A DNA stretch of 64,000 nt, from the NCBI GenBank assembly GCA_023267195.1, contig JAHFNT010000004.1, positions 603 through 64,602 on the forward strand, in the 5' to 3' direction. Position numbers and translations under genes: made by a program. The first letter of the stretch is position 1, and each line of letters begins with the position of its first letter. Origin of the DNA: Candidatus Nomurabacteria bacterium. GTDB lineage: Bacteria; Patescibacteriota; Minisyncoccia; Phycocordibacterales; UBA9973. A model generated the notes under the pieces. That model had not been told where the DNA came from. It worked only from the letters and a program-made list of their open reading frames with translations, and searched no databases. Below, piece by piece: positions 18,696 through 31,800 of this stretch.

Positions 18696-18989
18696 TTACA
18701 TATTACTATTACCTTCCATCTTGCCGTCAACTTTGCAAGACTCACAAGCCGCTTGGCACTTACTGCATTTACAGCCGAAAACACCAAGCACAGCCGAAAC
18801 ACCCACCAGCACGTAAACTACGGCTTCCACTGCCGGCCAAGAACCCAAAAGCAGGTTCACAACATTCCAATTACTGCCGTCGGTAAACAGCATGGCCAGA
18901 CCAACCAAACCCCAATTCAAACCTCCCACCACAAGCAAAAGACTAACCAATTTATGCACCCAGCAACCTCCCCATCCTTTACAACACAT
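18696..18989 (-). CDS. DUF378 family small membrane protein with Cys-rich termini
   Basis: GGLNWGLVGLAMLF core typical of DUF378. Extra MCCKGWGGCW N-terminus and CKCSKCQAACESCK C-terminal tail. Confidence 0.6.
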   Translation of the reverse strand: MCCKGWGGCWVHKLVSLLLVVGGLNWGLVGLAMLFTDGSNWNVVNLLLGSWPAVEAVVYVLVGVSAVLGVFGCKCSKCQAACESCKVDGKMEGNSNM

Positions 18990-19121
18990 ATATATTTTAT
19001 TTCCGTCCCGACTTACATCGGAACAAATTAATTTTTATAAACGACCCCCGTCAGATCGACTCAATCGGACAGGTTTGATATTAATAAAATTAATTATAAC
19101 ATAATTAAAAAATATGCTACA

Positions 19122-19919
19122 ATGAGCAAATTAACAATTAACCTAAAAAACATGGAGGAAAGTAATATTGAAAGCAAGAATGTAAATACCAATAGTAATA
19201 ACAATTATAAACAAATAGCGGGAGCAATAATTATAGCCGGTTTTCTTATTGCCGGAGCAATTTTATTAAAAGATAGCAAGTCTGTTTCTTTAAACAACGT
19301 AACTCCTGTTATAAATTTGGCACCCGTCGACAAGGAAGATAGAATATTAGGAAACCCGGAAGCTAAAGTTGCCCTTGTAATGTATGAGGATTTTCAATGT
19401 CCTTTTTGCGAGGTGATTTCAGGTTTACAAGAGAATACGCCTTTACTTAAAGCACTTAAGCAACGGGACTCATCTTGGACTCCATTCATCCCTGGGGTTA
19501 TCAATGATTATGTAAAAAATGGAAAAGTGCTTTTTGTCTATCGCGATTGGGCATTTTTGGGTCCAGAGTCAACAAGGGCTGCTGAAGCAGCTAGGTGTGC
19601 CGGTGATCAAGGGAAATTCTGGGAATATCATGATTACCTTTACTCTCACCAAAAAGGCGAAAATGAGGGCACGTTTTCCGATTCAAATCTAAAATCTTTC
19701 GCTAAAGAGCTTAAACTGGAAACATCCAGCTTTAATAAATGCCTAGATGACAGCAAATACGCCGAAGCTGTGGCAGATTCTAGAAACAAAGGAGCAGAAG
19801 CGGGAGTAAGCGGAACTCCGAAAGGATTTATTGTGAAAAAAGGAAAAGTTGTCTCCACAATCGATGGCGCCGAATCTTATGCGACAGTAAAACAAAAGAT
19901 TGAAAGTGCGTTAAAATAA
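19122..19919 (+). CDS. DsbA-like thiol:disulfide oxidoreductase (membrane-anchored)
   Basis: CPFC active site (YEDFQCPFCEV) and thioredoxin fold. Confidence 0.7.
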   Translation: MSKLTINLKNMEESNIESKNVNTNSNNNYKQIAGAIIIAGFLIAGAILLKDSKSVSLNNVTPVINLAPVDKEDRILGNPEAKVALVMYEDFQCPFCEVISGLQENTPLLKALKQRDSSWTPFIPGVINDYVKNGKVLFVYRDWAFLGPESTRAAEAARCAGDQGKFWEYHDYLYSHQKGENEGTFSDSNLKSFAKELKLETSSFNKCLDDSKYAEAVADSRNKGAEAGVSGTPKGFIVKKGKVVSTIDGAESYATVKQKIESALK

Positions 19920-19924
19920 AAGAC

Positions 19925-20143
19925 ATGAATAATAAAAACCTATTGAATAAAATTGGTTACGGATTACTTGGAGCTTTTCTTATGTTCCTTTTTGCTTCTG
20001 TGTTAGTAAATTTTTTGGGTAATCTAAACACTGACACCAGCGAGGGACTCTCGTTTGTAGTGATGATGGCTACTCCAATATTAACAATACTTGGTGCAAT
20101 TCTAGGAATAATATACACCAGAAGATATCAAAAAAATACATAA
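19925..20143 (+). CDS. small hypothetical membrane protein
   Basis: 72 aa with two hydrophobic segments. Confidence 0.4.
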   Translation: MNNKNLLNKIGYGLLGAFLMFLFASVLVNFLGNLNTDTSEGLSFVVMMATPILTILGAILGIIYTRRYQKNT

Positions 20144-20199
20144 GATATCTACCCACCCCTGCACAAGCGCCACCTATCAAGAGGTAAATTTTTTATTTG

Positions 20200-20227
20200 C
20201 GTAATAGACACGGCCGTGGTTATTATG
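20200..20227. repeat. 28 bp palindromic element, copy 1 (candidate operator, overlaps the promoter of 20241..20798)
   Basis: CGTAATAgacACGGCCGTggTTATTATG. Confidence 0.5.
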
Positions 20228-20240
20228 TTAATATATAAAA

Positions 20241-20798
20241 ATGAAAATTATTGACCAAGAGTCAAATTCCGGAAAAATAATCCGAGCACTGGGTATGGGG
20301 ATTGGTATATTTGCTGCTTTAGCAAACAAGAGAACTAGCTATAAAATGACCGAAACTTTGGTAAGGGAAATTTTTGGTCTCAATAAACCTAAAAACTATT
20401 CTGTTTATTTCTCTAAATTAAGGAAGCAGAAGCTGATATATGTTAAAAAAGTTGGTAAAGATCACGCAATTTCTCTTACTGAGAAGGGAAACGAAGTTTT
20501 TCTTAGATTTAATTATGAAAATATAAAAATAAAAGAGAGAAAAATATGGGACAGAAACTTCCGTATGGTTATTTTTGACATTCCAGAAAAGAAGAGGGCG
20601 GCCAGGGATTCGCTTCGGGAAAAACTTAAAGAATTGGGTTTGGTAAAATTTAACGATAGCGTCTGGGTACACCCCTACCCTTGTCAGGGAGAAATAGATT
20701 TTATTGCTAATTACTGGAATATTGGGAAATACGTTCATTTTGCTTTGGTAAAAGACCTCACCAACAGAGAAAACTTGGAAGGATATTTCAATCTATAA
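20241..20798 (+). CDS. PaaX-like transcriptional regulator (winged helix N-terminus, Cas2-fold-like C-terminus)
   Basis: WDRNFRMVIFDIPEKKRAARDSLREKLKELGLVKFNDSVWVHPYP resembles the PaaX C-terminal domain. Confidence 0.4.
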   Translation: MKIIDQESNSGKIIRALGMGIGIFAALANKRTSYKMTETLVREIFGLNKPKNYSVYFSKLRKQKLIYVKKVGKDHAISLTEKGNEVFLRFNYENIKIKERKIWDRNFRMVIFDIPEKKRAARDSLREKLKELGLVKFNDSVWVHPYPCQGEIDFIANYWNIGKYVHFALVKDLTNRENLEGYFNL

Positions 20799-20828
20799 AA
20801 ACATTTTATGTGCAAATTTTATTTATTA

Positions 20829-20856
20829 CGTAATAGCAACGGCCGTTCTTATTACG
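20829..20856. repeat. 28 bp palindromic element, copy 2
   Basis: CGTAATAgcaACGGCCGTtcTTATTACG, between the convergent stops of 20241..20798 and rpoD. Confidence 0.5.
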
Positions 20857-20891
20857 TTAATACAATATAAATATACTCTTATTGTGTTAAT

Positions 20892-22115
20892 TTAATCAAA
20901 ATAATTTTTCAATCTGGAAATTTTTTCGTGTTGGCGGAGTTTTTCGTGAACTTTCGCTTCAATCTGGCGAATACGCTCTCTGGTTACTCCAAATTCTTCC
21001 CCTACCCGTTCAAGTGTATGCTGAATACCATCGAGTAAACCGTAACGCATCTCCAAAATTTTGCGCTCTTTGGGGTTGAGTTCGTCTAAGACTTCGCGAA
21101 TTTGATCAGAGAGAATACGGCGAGAAGATTCTTGGTCAGGGCGTAAAATTTTATCGTCTGGAATAAAATTTTCTAATGTTGATTTGTCATCATCATCACC
21201 CACAGGTTGCTCTAAAGAAACAGTTTCTTGGCTTATATTTTCAATCACGTGAATTTTATCAACTGGTATGCCCATCTCCGTGGCAATCTCTTCTGCGAGC
21301 GGCTCCCTGCCAAGATCCTGAGATAGCCTGCGATAAGTTTGCTTATATTTGGAAATTGTTTCCACCATGTGGACTGGAATACGAATCGTACGAGATTGAT
21401 CAGCAAGCGCACGAGTAATAGACTGGCGAATCCACCAAGTGGCGTAAGTAGAAAATTTATACCCTTTAGTCCAGTCAAATTTTTCCACTGCTTTAAACAA
21501 GCCCAGATTCCCTTCCTGAATGAGATCAAGTAGAGTAAGATTGGCAGATCTCCCTACGTATTTTTTTGCGATAGAAACCACCAGACGCAAGTTCGCGCGC
21601 GCCAGCAAATTCTTTGCTTCTAGATCCCCATGTTCAATACGTTTAGCTAGATCCTTCTCGTCGCTAGCATGGATGAGCGGATACTGCCCGATCTCTTTTA
21701 AATACATTTGGATAGAATCGTGCATTGTTCCCTTGTTCAGATCTTTGTCTGTTAAATCCGAATCTAGATTAAGCAAGTTTCCTCCTTCAAGTACATCAAT
21801 ACCTGCAACTGCGAACTTTTCATAAAGTTCATCTAAAAACAAAATATTATTTTCTATATCAGGAAAAGTTTTTAAAATTTCGTCATAAGTAATGAAACCA
21901 CGCTTTCTCCCTTTTTCAATCAGAATATTGGCAAGCTCGGAGAGCATTTCCGCCTTCTTTTCAATTGAGGACAATTTTTTTATTTGGTCCTTTTTAACAA
22001 CTTTTCTAACTGCCTTTTTCGACTTTTTGGACAATTTCTTTGTTTTCTTAGCCACTTTCTTTGCTTTTTTCACAATTTTACTTTTCTTCTTTACTTTTTT
22101 ATTTTTATTTTTCAT
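20892..22115 (-). CDS. rpoD: RNA polymerase sigma factor RpoD
   Basis: Regions 2-4, with [13 protein letters not shown]. Lys-rich N-terminus. Confidence 0.9.
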   Translation of the reverse strand: MKNKNKKVKKKSKIVKKAKKVAKKTKKLSKKSKKAVRKVVKKDQIKKLSSIEKKAEMLSELANILIEKGRKRGFITYDEILKTFPDIENNILFLDELYEKFAVAGIDVLEGGNLLNLDSDLTDKDLNKGTMHDSIQMYLKEIGQYPLIHASDEKDLAKRIEHGDLEAKNLLARANLRLVVSIAKKYVGRSANLTLLDLIQEGNLGLFKAVEKFDWTKGYKFSTYATWWIRQSITRALADQSRTIRIPVHMVETISKYKQTYRRLSQDLGREPLAEEIATEMGIPVDKIHVIENISQETVSLEQPVGDDDDKSTLENFIPDDKILRPDQESSRRILSDQIREVLDELNPKERKILEMRYGLLDGIQHTLERVGEEFGVTRERIRQIEAKVHEKLRQHEKISRLKNYFD

Positions 22116-22122
22116 ACATTTT

Positions 22123-23853
22123 CTATTTATTATTCACTCGACCATTTTTAATATCTTCTTTTTTCTTATTTAAATCATTTATTTCTTTTAAAATTTTGAC
22201 GGATTCTTCGCTGCTTGCTTTTCTTAATTCCATCATTTTTTTGCTTAATTCTTCATTGATATTTTCTTCTTCTAGATTTAAGAACATTTCAGCGACACTT
22301 TTTTCAAGATTTTCATCATTTGTATAAAATACTTCCGCCTCAAATATTAAATCTTGCTGGATGTCTTCATATTTTTTACAAACTTCCCATAATTTACTCA
22401 AAATCGTTTCAAAATCTACCGCCGGCGACGAGAGAGTTTGTTGCCACAGGGCAATGCCGAGAAGTTTGCGTTCTATGTAATCCCTTCGGTAGATTTTAGT
22501 CAGTGTTTCTCCCGCTTCTTTTATCTCTTCCTTTTCATATTTTAATTCTTGCTCAACTTTTTTTAAATCATCTTGCAAGGCATCTTGCGAAATTCCAGAC
22601 AAATCGCTGATCTGTTTTATAAAATGCATTTTTTCAATAGCACTCTCTAAAGCATTTACAAATGGCAATATTTTTTCTTTTGTTTCTCTACCGACCTTGC
22701 GCGCATCGCTAGAATTTTTCAAAGCTTTATTTAAAAGAAATTCGATAATATGTTTAGAGTTTTTAATAGCTTCCTTCCAAGCCAGAGGGCCCGTTTTAGA
22801 GACACAATCTGCTGGATCAACACCATCAGGTAAATCCACCACTTTTACATCCATACCCAAGGAAAGGGCTATTTTGCCCGCCCTGATGGTCGCATTGGCT
22901 CCTGCCTTGTCTGCATCAAAAGCAAGCACAATGTTGGGGGAAAGGCGTCTTATAAGCCCTAAATTAGAAACTACATTCTCTTTGGAAATGGTAGAATCAG
23001 ATAGAGCCGTTCCGGAAGTCGCCACGGTATTATGATATCCAGCTTGGTGCGACAAAATTAAATCCATCTGACCTTCAACCAGAATAGAAAAATTATTTTT
23101 ACGAATAGAATCTTTCGCTTTATCTATGCCGTAAAGCACCGCGTTCTTGCTAAAAATTGGTGTTTCCGGACTATTTAAATATTTAGCCGACTTACCGTCA
23201 TCAACAAAAATTCTTCCAGAAAAAGCAACCACACGTCCACTCGAATCCGCAATTGGAAACATAATTCGTCCACGGAATCTATCATACATTGCCTTATTGG
23301 TATCCTCTGGCTTTTTAGTCAGCCCCGCGCGCTCTATTTCTTTATCAGAGAAATTTTTCGATTTTAAATAATCATACAACTTCCGCCAGTCTAAGATTGC
23401 ATAGCCAATTCTAAAATCTTTAATACTTTTTTCATTCAGTCCGCGGGATTTTAAATATTCTAAAACTTCTGAATTATTCTTTAAATTATTTTCAAAATAA
23501 AGCGTAGCTTCTTCCATCGCCCTGTATAATTTTTCTTTTTCACTTTCCGCTTCTTTCATTTCCTTCGTGTAGACAGTGAGCGGCACACCAGCACGATCGG
23601 CGAGAAGTTTTAACGCGCCTTTAAAATCAAGACCTTCAAATTCTTCCACGAAAGTAAAAATATCCCCCGAAGCTCCGCAGCCGAAACAATAATATGTTCC
23701 ACGATCTGGTGAAATAAAAAACGATGGCGTCTTCTCGTTGTGAAAAGGGCATTTCGCCTTTAAGTTATTGCCTGCGCGATCGAGTTTTATATAAGAAGAG
23801 ACCACCTCCTCAATTCCTAGCCTCTCTTTAATTTTATCAACGGGTGAATTCAT
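22123..23853 (-). CDS. dnaG: DNA primase
   Basis: Zinc-binding [11 protein letters not shown]...CFGCGASGD and a TOPRIM domain. Classic dnaG-rpoD adjacency. Confidence 0.9.
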   Translation of the reverse strand: MNSPVDKIKERLGIEEVVSSYIKLDRAGNNLKAKCPFHNEKTPSFFISPDRGTYYCFGCGASGDIFTFVEEFEGLDFKGALKLLADRAGVPLTVYTKEMKEAESEKEKLYRAMEEATLYFENNLKNNSEVLEYLKSRGLNEKSIKDFRIGYAILDWRKLYDYLKSKNFSDKEIERAGLTKKPEDTNKAMYDRFRGRIMFPIADSSGRVVAFSGRIFVDDGKSAKYLNSPETPIFSKNAVLYGIDKAKDSIRKNNFSILVEGQMDLILSHQAGYHNTVATSGTALSDSTISKENVVSNLGLIRRLSPNIVLAFDADKAGANATIRAGKIALSLGMDVKVVDLPDGVDPADCVSKTGPLAWKEAIKNSKHIIEFLLNKALKNSSDARKVGRETKEKILPFVNALESAIEKMHFIKQISDLSGISQDALQDDLKKVEQELKYEKEEIKEAGETLTKIYRRDYIERKLLGIALWQQTLSSPAVDFETILSKLWEVCKKYEDIQQDLIFEAEVFYTNDENLEKSVAEMFLNLEEENINEELSKKMMELRKASSEESVKILKEINDLNKKKEDIKNGRVNNK

Positions 23854-23855
23854 GA

Positions 23856-25169
23856 TTATGGTGTGTATACTGGAAGACCTAACACTAAAAAATTATTCCC
23901 GGATTTCTTAACTGTATACTCAAAACTTGTTTGAGTTGGTTCGTCTTTTTCACTCGCACCACAACAAGGACCCTTCTTAAAGAGTGTACCGTCATTATTC
24001 ATAAACTGTACTAAAAATTTAAATTCGGTTGGAGAAATTTGTTCTTCTTTTAAGATATTCTTTACTTTTAAACACCTAAAACCATTCTGTTCACAGCCAC
24101 TTTTAATTAAAGCAACATAGTCCTTTGGATTTATCGTTGGGTTATTATCTCGGAGCACTTCATAGTCGCCACCATAGTATTTTATAGCATGAGAATATTG
24201 TTCGTCATTGAGAAAGATAAAAAATACATTTAAGGTATTATGAGCTTTTTCGATATCGTTTTCTTCATAAATTACATTACCGAGATCAATGGTTTTACCT
24301 TTCTTTCCAGACACATCTACAGTTTCTGCCCAAAAATTTGTTGACATAATAGATGCAGGTAATTTTAGTTCCCACCTATTTGTAGACACCTTTGACATCT
24401 TTCCCGCCAATGTACTTTGAGTGATACCTGTTCCAGTTGGGTGGTATCGCACTTCTGCTGATTTTAAATTATCGGCAACTAGTATAACTTTGGCTCCATT
24501 TTGATATGTAAGCCAGCCATCTTTTTCTACTGATGGTTGTATGGAGAAAGGTTCGGACTGCTCCTGATTTTGTTGAGTGAATTTAAAACTCGAAAGAATT
24601 TGATCAAAATTCTGCCATAGAGATTCAGTGTTGTTATCTGCTCCAACACCCAACACAAAAAGGGTTTTACCATTTTCAATAATTACTGTTTTACCATAAC
24701 CCGACAACTCCCCTCTCCACAAATAACTAACTGCTTTATGACCAGCCAAGGTTTCATTTTTAAAATCACTGATGTTATCTAAATTGTAATTAGAATTACC
24801 TTGATTTAACTTAGCCCAATCCAGTAGCGTAAGTTGTTTAGAATTATCCCACACTGATATACCTACACTCGAGGAAAATTCCCCTACATCTCCCTCTTTG
24901 AACACAGGTTCAGATATTGACCAATAAAAAAGCTGTCCAGAAGAATCTAAATTCTCCAATATTTTTGGTTGGTGGTTGGATGGATATTTTAATTCAAATC
25001 CATACTTACTGTTGGTATAAGTTTTCCAGCTTGAAGTATCAGTGTCTGAAGTTACGGGTTGTGAAGATTTCACGTTTTCTTTTTTCTGCGACATAAAATA
25101 CCCCCCTACCCCAAGCAAGATGACGATTATTCCAATCAAAACGAGATTTGCGAAACCTTTTTGATCCAT
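23856..25169 (-). CDS. hypothetical exported/membrane-anchored protein
   Basis: 437 aa. N-terminal TM. No known motif. Confidence 0.5.
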   Translation of the reverse strand: MDQKGFANLVLIGIIVILLGVGGYFMSQKKENVKSSQPVTSDTDTSSWKTYTNSKYGFELKYPSNHQPKILENLDSSGQLFYWSISEPVFKEGDVGEFSSSVGISVWDNSKQLTLLDWAKLNQGNSNYNLDNISDFKNETLAGHKAVSYLWRGELSGYGKTVIIENGKTLFVLGVGADNNTESLWQNFDQILSSFKFTQQNQEQSEPFSIQPSVEKDGWLTYQNGAKVILVADNLKSAEVRYHPTGTGITQSTLAGKMSKVSTNRWELKLPASIMSTNFWAETVDVSGKKGKTIDLGNVIYEENDIEKAHNTLNVFFIFLNDEQYSHAIKYYGGDYEVLRDNNPTINPKDYVALIKSGCEQNGFRCLKVKNILKEEQISPTEFKFLVQFMNNDGTLFKKGPCCGASEKDEPTQTSFEYTVKKSGNNFLVLGLPVYTP

Positions 25170-25196
25170 ATTATTTTTATTAAATTGTTAATAACC

Positions 25197-28100
25197 CTAT
25201 TCTTCTTTAGTTTCCGCAAACTTATTACCAAATCCAGTTCCAGCTGGAATGAGTCGGCCAATGATGACGTTTTCTTTGAGACCTCGGAGTGAATCTACTC
25301 CGCCCTTAATAGCATTTTCGATCAGCACGCGATTAGTATTTTGGAACGAAGCGGCAGAGAGCCAGCTCTTGGTGCGAAGCGAAACTTCCGTAATACCGAG
25401 CACTACCGTTTCGGCAGTTGCTTTTTTACCGCCTAGTTCTTCAACTCGGGCATTTTCTTCTATAAAAGCGGTGTTTTCCACAATATCGCCAATGGAGAAA
25501 TTCGTCTCGCCCGCATCTTTGATCTTGCGACGAGAGAACATCTGGCGAATAATTATTTCGGTGTGTTTGCGAGAAATGGAAGCACTCTGAAGCTCATAAA
25601 CTTTATTGATTTCAGCAATAATATATTCTTCGACGAGCTCCTTACCACCTAGTCTGAACATTTCTGCAATATCCGCCGATCCGTCAGTAAGGAGTTGGCC
25701 TTTCTTTACTTTGTCACCAACTTTGACCATCGGAGTTCGGCGAAAAGCTACTATGTATTCCATCTCATTCTTTTTCCCATCTTCTTTAGAATCAGACAAA
25801 ACTTTAATTATTTTCTCTTTGCCATCTTTTGCTTTTATTTCAAAAACTTCCCCATCAGTTTCAGAGATGATTGCTGGATTCTTCGGAATTCGGCGTTCAA
25901 AAATTTCCTCCACGCGCGGCAAACCAGTGGTAATATCCGTCCCGGCAACACCTCCAGCATGAAACGTGCGAAGCGTAAGCTGAGTACCCGGTTCACCGAT
26001 AGCTTGCGCCGCAATAATACCAACAGCTTCGCCTTTTTCCACCAAGTTGTTCCTTCCCAGATCTAATCCATAACACTGCACGCATAGACCATGAACTGTC
26101 TTGCAGGTAAGCGGAGATCGGACGAATACTTCTGAAAATCCAGCCCCTTCTATGTTGCGAGCCTCCTCTTTGGTGATCAAGAAACCTTTTTTGTAAACAA
26201 CCTTGCCATTTTCATCTTTCAAATCTTCAGCCAATACTCGCCCGCGAATATTTTTCGAAAGAGGAATTTCAATTCCGGAAATATTTTCCCTGGTAACCAT
26301 CTTGCCTTCTTTTGTCCCACAATCCTCTTCTGTAATAACCACGTCTTGCGCCACATCCACCAATCTTCGAGTCAAATATCCAGCCTTAGCGGTATTGAGA
26401 GCCGTGTCGGATGCGCCTTTTCGAGCACCGTGCGTAATGACGAAATATTCAATAGGAGAAAGTCCTTCTAGATAGCAAGGAATAATTGGAAATTCTAGAA
26501 TCTTACCCTGGTTGTTTTGAATAAGTCCGATCATTCCCGTCATTTGACCGAGCGACGTCATATTACCTCTTGCTTTGGAAGTAAACAGATCATAGGTTGA
26601 ACCTTTTTTATCAAGTACGTTCGGTAAAACTTTTTCCAAATTTTTCTTTGTCTGGGTCCAAGTTTCAATAATCTTTTGATATTTTTCCTCCTCAGAAAGT
26701 AAACCTTCCTTCCACTGAGAAACAATTTCTTCTTCTAATTTTTTACCTTCCGCAATAATCTTCGGTTTCTCTGGAGAAAGAGAAACGTTGTCGAGCCCCC
26801 ATGTAGTGCCTGAAATTGTTGAGTACTTGAATCCAAATTCCTTAATCTTGTCGAGGAAAGCCGGTGTATGGTCCACTCCAGAATGCACAATGAGCTCGTC
26901 CAGAAGGGAGGAGAGCCTGTCTTGAGTCATTTCATCATTCACATACGCAAAATCACTCGGCAATATGCTATTGAAAAGAAGTTTGCCCACGGAAGTCTCG
27001 AAAATTCCCCCGTCAAATTTCTTGTACTTATAGGAGTCTGTGGCCAGAACTTTTATCTTGGCGCGCAAACTTATAATTCCATAGTCGGAAGCAGTAATGG
27101 CGGTATTGGGACTTGAAAAATATTTACCCTCGCCCGTTTCACCGTCCACATTTTTGGTCATCCAATAACTTCCAAGCACCATGTCCATTTTTGGGTTTAC
27201 GATGGGATCTCCATTTTGCGGTTTAAGTAAATTTTTATTTGACGCCATTAACTCTTTTGCTTCCCACTGCGCTTCTTCCAAGAGTGGCACATACACAGCC
27301 ATTTGGTCTCCGTCGAAGTCTGCGTTGAAAGCCTGACAAACAAGCGGATGCACTTGGATAGCATTTCCTTCGATCAAAATCGGGTTAAAAGCTTGAATAC
27401 CGAGGCGGTGCAAAGTAGGCGCACGATTTAAAAGCACATATTTTCCTTGGATTACTTCTTCTAGCATCGCCCACACTTCCCCAGTTCTTTCTTCGATAAG
27501 TTTATTGGCTCCGCGAATATTGAATGCAAGTTCAGCCTGTAAAATTTTTGAAATCACAAATGGGCGGAAAAGCTCCAGCGCCATATGCTTCGGCAAGCCG
27601 CACTGGTTTAGCTTCAGCTCTGGACCAACCACAATAACTGAACGACCTGAGTAATCAACACGTTTACCCAACAAATTTTGACGGAAAAGACCTTGTTTTG
27701 ATTTTAGATTGTCGGAAAGAGATTTGAGTGGGCGTTTCTGGGATTGGCTCATCGCCGCAGAATCATTTTGCTTGGCGATAGAGTTATCGATCAAGGCATC
27801 GACAGCTTCCTGAATAATGCGTTTTTCGTTTCGCAAAATCACATCTGGGGCATTGATTTCTTTCAATTTCTTTAAACGATTATTTCGATTTATCACTCGT
27901 CGATAAAGATCATTTAAGTCAGAGGTAGCATGTCTTCCGCCATCCAGCGCCACCATCGGACGCAAGACTGGAGGAATAACTGGAATAACGGTCAAAAACA
28001 TCCATTCTGGGCGAATTCCCGCATAAGTCATTGCGCGAATGAGTGAAAGCCTCTTTTGCAATTTCTCTTTTTCTGCTACGCTTGCTTTTTCCAGCATCTT

Positions 28101-28805
28101 TTCTGTCAAATGTTTTAGTTTATTCAAATCAAGATTTTTGAAAATTGAATAGATAGCCTCAGCTCCGATATTAGCCTCAAAGCAAGTACCGTATTTTAAA
28201 GAATAGTGGTGAAACGATATCTCATTGAGAACTTTTCCTTCATATATTTCGGCAATCTCTTTTTTAGTTACAGAAAGTAAGTTCTTCAATTTTTCGCGTG
28301 TCTCATCATCAGCTGAATTTTTCAACTTTGTTTTGTATTCTTTATCTAGACCAGTCAAGATGGACTCTTTTTCTGCTTCATGAACTTTAGTAATGATGTA
28401 TCCAGCAAAATAAATAACTTTTTCAAGATCAGTTACAGATATATTTAGCAGTATGCTCATCCTAGAAGGCACCCCGCGCAAAAACCAAATGTGTGATACT
28501 GGGGTGGAAAGTTCTATATGCCCCATACGCTCCCTACGCACGATAGAACGAGTAACTTCTACTCCACATTTCTCACAAATTATATCCTTGTAACGAATTC
28601 GGCGATATTTTCCGCAATAACATTCATAATCCTTTTCCGGACCAAAAATTTTCTCATCAAACAAACCTCCGCGCTCCGATCTCCCAGTGCGATAATTTAT
28701 CGTCTCTGGCTTAGTAACTTCTCCGAAGGACCATTCTTTTATTTGCTCTGGAGATGCAAGCCTTAATCCAATTTGGTCAAATTCTGTTGTATTTAATGTT
28801 TTCAT
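25197..28805 (-). CDS. rpoC: DNA-directed RNA polymerase subunit beta'
   Basis: 1202 aa. NADFDGD catalytic motif and zinc-binding Cys motifs. Confidence 0.95.
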   Translation of the reverse strand: MKTLNTTEFDQIGLRLASPEQIKEWSFGEVTKPETINYRTGRSERGGLFDEKIFGPEKDYECYCGKYRRIRYKDIICEKCGVEVTRSIVRRERMGHIELSTPVSHIWFLRGVPSRMSILLNISVTDLEKVIYFAGYIITKVHEAEKESILTGLDKEYKTKLKNSADDETREKLKNLLSVTKKEIAEIYEGKVLNEISFHHYSLKYGTCFEANIGAEAIYSIFKNLDLNKLKHLTEKMLEKASVAEKEKLQKRLSLIRAMTYAGIRPEWMFLTVIPVIPPVLRPMVALDGGRHATSDLNDLYRRVINRNNRLKKLKEINAPDVILRNEKRIIQEAVDALIDNSIAKQNDSAAMSQSQKRPLKSLSDNLKSKQGLFRQNLLGKRVDYSGRSVIVVGPELKLNQCGLPKHMALELFRPFVISKILQAELAFNIRGANKLIEERTGEVWAMLEEVIQGKYVLLNRAPTLHRLGIQAFNPILIEGNAIQVHPLVCQAFNADFDGDQMAVYVPLLEEAQWEAKELMASNKNLLKPQNGDPIVNPKMDMVLGSYWMTKNVDGETGEGKYFSSPNTAITASDYGIISLRAKIKVLATDSYKYKKFDGGIFETSVGKLLFNSILPSDFAYVNDEMTQDRLSSLLDELIVHSGVDHTPAFLDKIKEFGFKYSTISGTTWGLDNVSLSPEKPKIIAEGKKLEEEIVSQWKEGLLSEEEKYQKIIETWTQTKKNLEKVLPNVLDKKGSTYDLFTSKARGNMTSLGQMTGMIGLIQNNQGKILEFPIIPCYLEGLSPIEYFVITHGARKGASDTALNTAKAGYLTRRLVDVAQDVVITEEDCGTKEGKMVTRENISGIEIPLSKNIRGRVLAEDLKDENGKVVYKKGFLITKEEARNIEGAGFSEVFVRSPLTCKTVHGLCVQCYGLDLGRNNLVEKGEAVGIIAAQAIGEPGTQLTLRTFHAGGVAGTDITTGLPRVEEIFERRIPKNPAIISETDGEVFEIKAKDGKEKIIKVLSDSKEDGKKNEMEYIVAFRRTPMVKVGDKVKKGQLLTDGSADIAEMFRLGGKELVEEYIIAEINKVYELQSASISRKHTEIIIRQMFSRRKIKDAGETNFSIGDIVENTAFIEENARVEELGGKKATAETVVLGITEVSLRTKSWLSAASFQNTNRVLIENAIKGGVDSLRGLKENVIIGRLIPAGTGFGNKFAETKEE

Positions 28806-28810
28806 ATTTT

Positions 28811-31800
28811 TTATTCTTTATCTCCAGATTTCTTTAACTCGACATCAAGAGCAAGACCTCGCAAATAATTCAGAAGCACATTGAAAGAGGCGGGAGAATT
28901 TGGTGGTCTGATTATTTCATTTTTAATAATAGAATCAAAGGTCTGAGATCGGCCGAGTATATCATCAGATTTAATCGTGAGCATTTCCCGCAGAGTGTAA
29001 GCGGCACCGTAACCCTCGAGAGCCCAGACTTCCATTTCTCCAAATCTCTGCCCTCCGCCTTGCGCCTTTCCACCGAGCGGCTGCTGAGTAATAAGAGAAT
29101 AAGGACCAATTGAACGCATGTGAATTTTGTCTTCCACCATGTGATGAAGTTTGAGCATATACATGTAGCCCACTGCTACATCCTGTTCAAATGGTTCGCC
29201 GGTTCGTCCGTCAAAAAGTTGCAATCGTCCATTTGGTGGAAGTCCTGCCTTTACCAGTTCTTCCTTTATTTCTTCGTGTTTAGCTCCCAAAAATGGTGGA
29301 ACAATGGCCTGATATCCTAGACTATTGGCGGCCATTCCTAAATGCATTTCTAAAATTTGCCCCAAATTCATACGAGAAGGAACACCAAGCGGAGAAAGAA
29401 TTATATCAACAGGGGTACCATCCGCGGTGTAAGGCATATCTTCTTCCGGAAGAATCGTTGAAATAACTCCCTTGTTGCCGTGCCGGCCAGAAAGTTTATC
29501 TCCAACGGAAATATTTCTTATCTGCGCAATTTCAATCACTATTTTCTTAATAATTCCAGCTTCAAGGGTATGGCCCAAATCTCGCGAGAAAATCTTCACG
29601 CCAATTATGCGTCCGCGCTTGCCGTGTTCCATACGAAGTGAAGTGTCTTTTACATCGCGGGCTTTTTCGGCAAAGATTGAGCGGAGGAGCCGTTCTTCAG
29701 GAGTAAGTTCGGTCTCCCCTTTTGGAGTAATCTTACCTACTAAGATATCATTCTCTCTAACTTCAGCCCCGATGCGCACAACACCATCTTCATCTAAATC
29801 CTTTAATTTAAGTTCTCCGACGTTTGGTATATCGCGGGTGGTGATTTCTGGACCAAGTTTGGTATCGCGAACCACGCAAGTAAATTCTTCAACGTAAACT
29901 GAAGTGAATTTGCTCTTTTTTACCAAACGTTCAGAAACTATGATTGCGTCCTCATAAGTTGACCCAGACCAAGACAAGAAGGCTACAAAAATATTTTGCC
30001 CAAGAGAAATTTGCCCACCTACGGTACTAGAGGTATCAGCCAGTACATCTCCCTTTTTAATTTTGTCGCCGACATTCACCAACGGACGCTGATGAAAAAC
30101 AGCAAAATTATTATTTCTTAGAAAATTAACTAAATTATAAGTTATTTCTTTTTTACCTTTTACAACTATTTTCTTAGCATCCAAATAAGAAACGACACCA
30201 TCTTCTGTAGCAATAACTAGTCTACCTGAATCTCGTGACGCTAATTCTTCAACACCAGTTGCTACAAGCGGAGCTTCGGGCAACACACAAGGCACTGCTT
30301 GTTTCTGCATGTTACTACCCATGAGTGCCCGATTCGCATTATTGTGTTCCAAAAATGGAATCATGGAGGTGGCAATGGAGAAAGCTTGATTTGGAGCCAC
30401 GTCAATATAATCAACTTCGTCCTTGGAAACCATGCCTGGCTCTGTCTTTACTCTCGCCTCCACTTTATCCTTTGTTATTTTTCCCTCAGAATCATAAGGA
30501 ATTCCCGCGTGAGCAATGTTATATTTTTCTTCTTCCAGAGCATTCAGGTAGACAATTTCTCCGGTGATCTTGCCATTTTTTACTTTGGCATAAGGAGTTT
30601 CGATAATTCCAAAATCATTTATCTTCGCATAGGTGGAAAGGTGTAAAATGAGACCAATGTTTGGACCTTCAGGGGTATGAATAGGACAAACTCTGCCGTA
30701 GTGTGAAGGATGTACGTCACGAACCTCAAGTCCTGCCCTTTCACGAGTAAGACCTCCTGGACCGAGGGCAGACAAGGTGCGCAAATGCTCCATTTCGTAA
30801 AGCACATTTTCTTGCGCCATGAATTGTGAAAGCTGGTTAGTAGTGAAAAATTCTTTAATACGAGCCTGGAGCGGACGCTGGTTGATGATGGCTATCGGCA
30901 TCGCGGTATCCACATCAATAATAGACATTCTATCTTGAATGTTTCTCTTGATCTGCATCATACCAGTACGAATCTTTTGCTGCAGAATCTCTCCAACAAA
31001 ACGCACTCGTCTCTGCCCTAAGTGATCTATATCATCAGCTTTTGCAAGCGGGGTATTGTTTAAAGTTACAATATGAGCAATTACTGAAATCAAATCTTCT
31101 TTGGAAATAGTCCGGCGTTCCATTTCTTTTTCATCCATTGGTTTGCCAAAACGCTGATTAAATCTGAAACGCCCAACCGGAGAAAGATCATAGCGTTCCG
31201 CAGTAAATAAAGAATTAATAAATTCTTTAGCGTTCTCAGCTGTCGCCATATCTCCATCTCGTAAGCGCTTGTAAATTTCAATATATGCCTCATTCAAACT
31301 CTTAACTCCATCTTTTTCCAAGCAATTTTTGATAGTTTCTTTGACAGTAGGGTCTTTCTCAAAAGCCTTCAAGATCATTTCGTTCGTTTCATAGCCCATC
31401 GCCCGCAGGAGAGCGGTAGCTGGAAACTTTCTCTTTTTATCTATTCTTATATAAATTCCTCCATCAGCTTCTGATTCTATTTCGATCCATACTCCGCGCG
31501 CTGGAATAACTTTCGCCCCGAAATATCTGGTGCCTTTTGTTTCAGATTCTGTAAAGAAAACTCCGAAGCTTCTGGCAAGCTGGGGCACAATGACACGCTC
31601 TACTCCATTGATGATGAAAGTTCCATGTGGAGTCATTAAAGGGAGTTCAGACATGAAAATTTCCTGCTCTTTGATAGTGCCTAAAACTTTATTAGTTAAT
31701 TTTACCCGCGCCTTGAGCAAACCCTGGTAGGAGAGCTTGTTGACCTTGGAATTGTTTTCATCACTCTTGGATTCTTCTAGAGAAAAAGATGTGAACTCAA

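Noticed and set aside
29472-30646. Multiple plus-strand ORFs within rpoB/rpoC and other large genes
   Set aside because: Antisense shadow ORFs inside well-supported conserved genes.
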